Source: Octopus vulgaris
Lineage: Eukaryota
Length of the DNA: 64,000 nt
Reading direction: 5' to 3'
Assembly: GCA_951406725.2 (NCBI GenBank)
Contig: OX597824.1
Coordinates: 4,092,001-4,156,000, forward strand
The notes under the pieces are model-generated. The model worked only from the letters and a program-made list of their open reading frames with translations. It was not told the origin of the DNA and searched no databases. This document shows, piece after piece, positions 62,393 through 64,000 of the stretch. Numbering within the stretch: the stretch's first letter is position 1; the number at the start of each line of letters is the position of its first letter. Position numbers and translations under genes: made by a program.

Positions 62393-64000
62393 CTTGGAAA
62401 CCACACATTCGACAGAACTATCTACTGGCTGACAGAGATGTAAGAAATCATGTAACAGTAGGACATAACCAATGCACCCTTGGGAAGGACACAACACTGC
62501 AAACCCTTAAGTTTACAATGTCACCATGGACAAGGTGGTGGATTAACTGTTAAAGATGTTGTGAAAGATAATTTGTGGTACTCAGTTACTTGTATTCTGG
62601 GTTCCAGTCTCAACAAGATTAACTAAATTACCAATTAAACATTGGATTTAATTTGACTACACCTTGCCCACCCATCCACCCACCCCCTCAAATTACAGCA
62701 TTATCTCCATATAAGAAATCAATAACAGAATAGAGAGGGACAATCTTATACCGAAAAATATAATACCTATTCTCAACTATTCCTGTACCAATTCTAGAAT
62801 ATCTCCACCAATCCTAATAGAGACTTAGACTGTAGTTATGAGCTTGTAATTCTCAGCAGACCTCTCCTGGCAAGACATTATATAAACTAGTTTACATTAG
62901 TTCAGTCTAGTTAAACTGGACCCCGTTACAAACAGCATTGACAGTTACATGTGAATGCTTTGGTCACAGATGCAATGATGGTAACAGGAGATGGATGGTT
63001 TGTTGTCTTTGAACCTACAGAGTCTTCACAGCAATCCGTATATGTAAAAAGGAGGAAATATATTTCTGTCAAGGTCAAGGCCTTTTGCAAACCAATAAGT
63101 CTCATTATGTCTACAAGCTAATAAGACGTTCCATACTTATAAGCGGTCTAATAACTTTCTCATTTTTCTCTGTAAAACAAAGGAGATAATTAAGAAAAGC
63201 AACAGCAGCAGCTACAATAGCAGGAACAAGAACAATAGTGACAGCAAGGAGACAAGAGACAACAACAACAACTACAATAACAAGAGAAAGAACAATTATC
63301 TGTAAGCCACAGAGTAATGCTATGAAGTAGAAGAGGCTCCTGTGTAAAAACAAACAAATCGTTCAGGTTTAGTGAAATGGGAAGAAGAGGTGAAATATGA
63401 AATGGATAATAGAGCAATGACATTCCTACTATCACACGCTGACAATGGAGAGTGCTTTAAATAGAGGACAAAGAGAAGGATGTTCTTAACTGAATTACAA
63501 GTGAGATATTGACCAATGTTATAAAAACAGAGAGAAACAAACTCAATGGAAGAAAAGTGGGGGGAAAAAAATCACATTGAAACCAAACTTAAATAGATTA
63601 TCAAAGACTGAAAAAACTCAAAGAAGATAACTAGATTAGTGTTTCTAATGATCTGGCAAAATTGTTCCCAAAAAGGATCTGAAAGTTGTAGGTAGATGAG
63701 TTATAAAGGTGTCATAAAGCTGACAAAACAAACAGAATAACAGTCCATAACTGGCCACCACTTCAACATAATGCTTTCACATAAATTTATATTTAACTCC
63801 CAATAGTTATAAATATACACATTATGAATAGGTCCCATAGTGAAGTACAGCTCACTGCTCAATGTTGCTAGTATGGTAATACTATGGATTATAGTAGACT
63901 GATATAGAGAATGTTTTAATTTACAGTACTGAGGGGATTTCAGAATTCCCTTGAGTATTCAAAGAACTGGAGGTTTTCTTTTGATCATATCAAACTAAAA

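Noticed and set aside
62700-64000. Decayed R4/Dong or other LINE
   Set aside because: Only faint motif echoes; not enough to call.

Overview
AT-rich, gene-poor eukaryotic DNA dense in microsatellites and short repeats. The SINE families look like those I recall from Octopus genomes, so the source is probably a coleoid cephalopod (inference). Nearly all listed ORFs are artefacts of (CA)n, (TA)n, (AAT)n and (TCTA)n tracts. Supported features: four SINE families in many copies, several with target-site duplications (TSDs); a decayed Penelope-like element (PLE) with RT and GIY-YIG motifs (about 2360-3300, minus); a second PLE RT scrap (about 32290-32350); mariner remnants; piggyBac-, hAT-, Tc1- and Tigger-type MITEs; a complete non-autonomous Helitron; LINE 3' scraps; and one plausible orphan coding exon (5668-5845, minus). 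The main signal is a set of about five unrelated minimal type I hammerhead ribozyme (HHR) motif families, several in asymmetric inverted-repeat insertions. One family has three copies (4108-4618, 14558-15084, 18554-18952). It joins a tRNA-like Pol III promoter, an (AAT)n spacer and a minimal HHR, and is integrated as a head-to-head dimer with a short tail on one arm only. This is a candidate Penelope-mobilised, ribozyme-carrying SINE or retrozyme. All calls were made by eye; no searches or folding programs were run.
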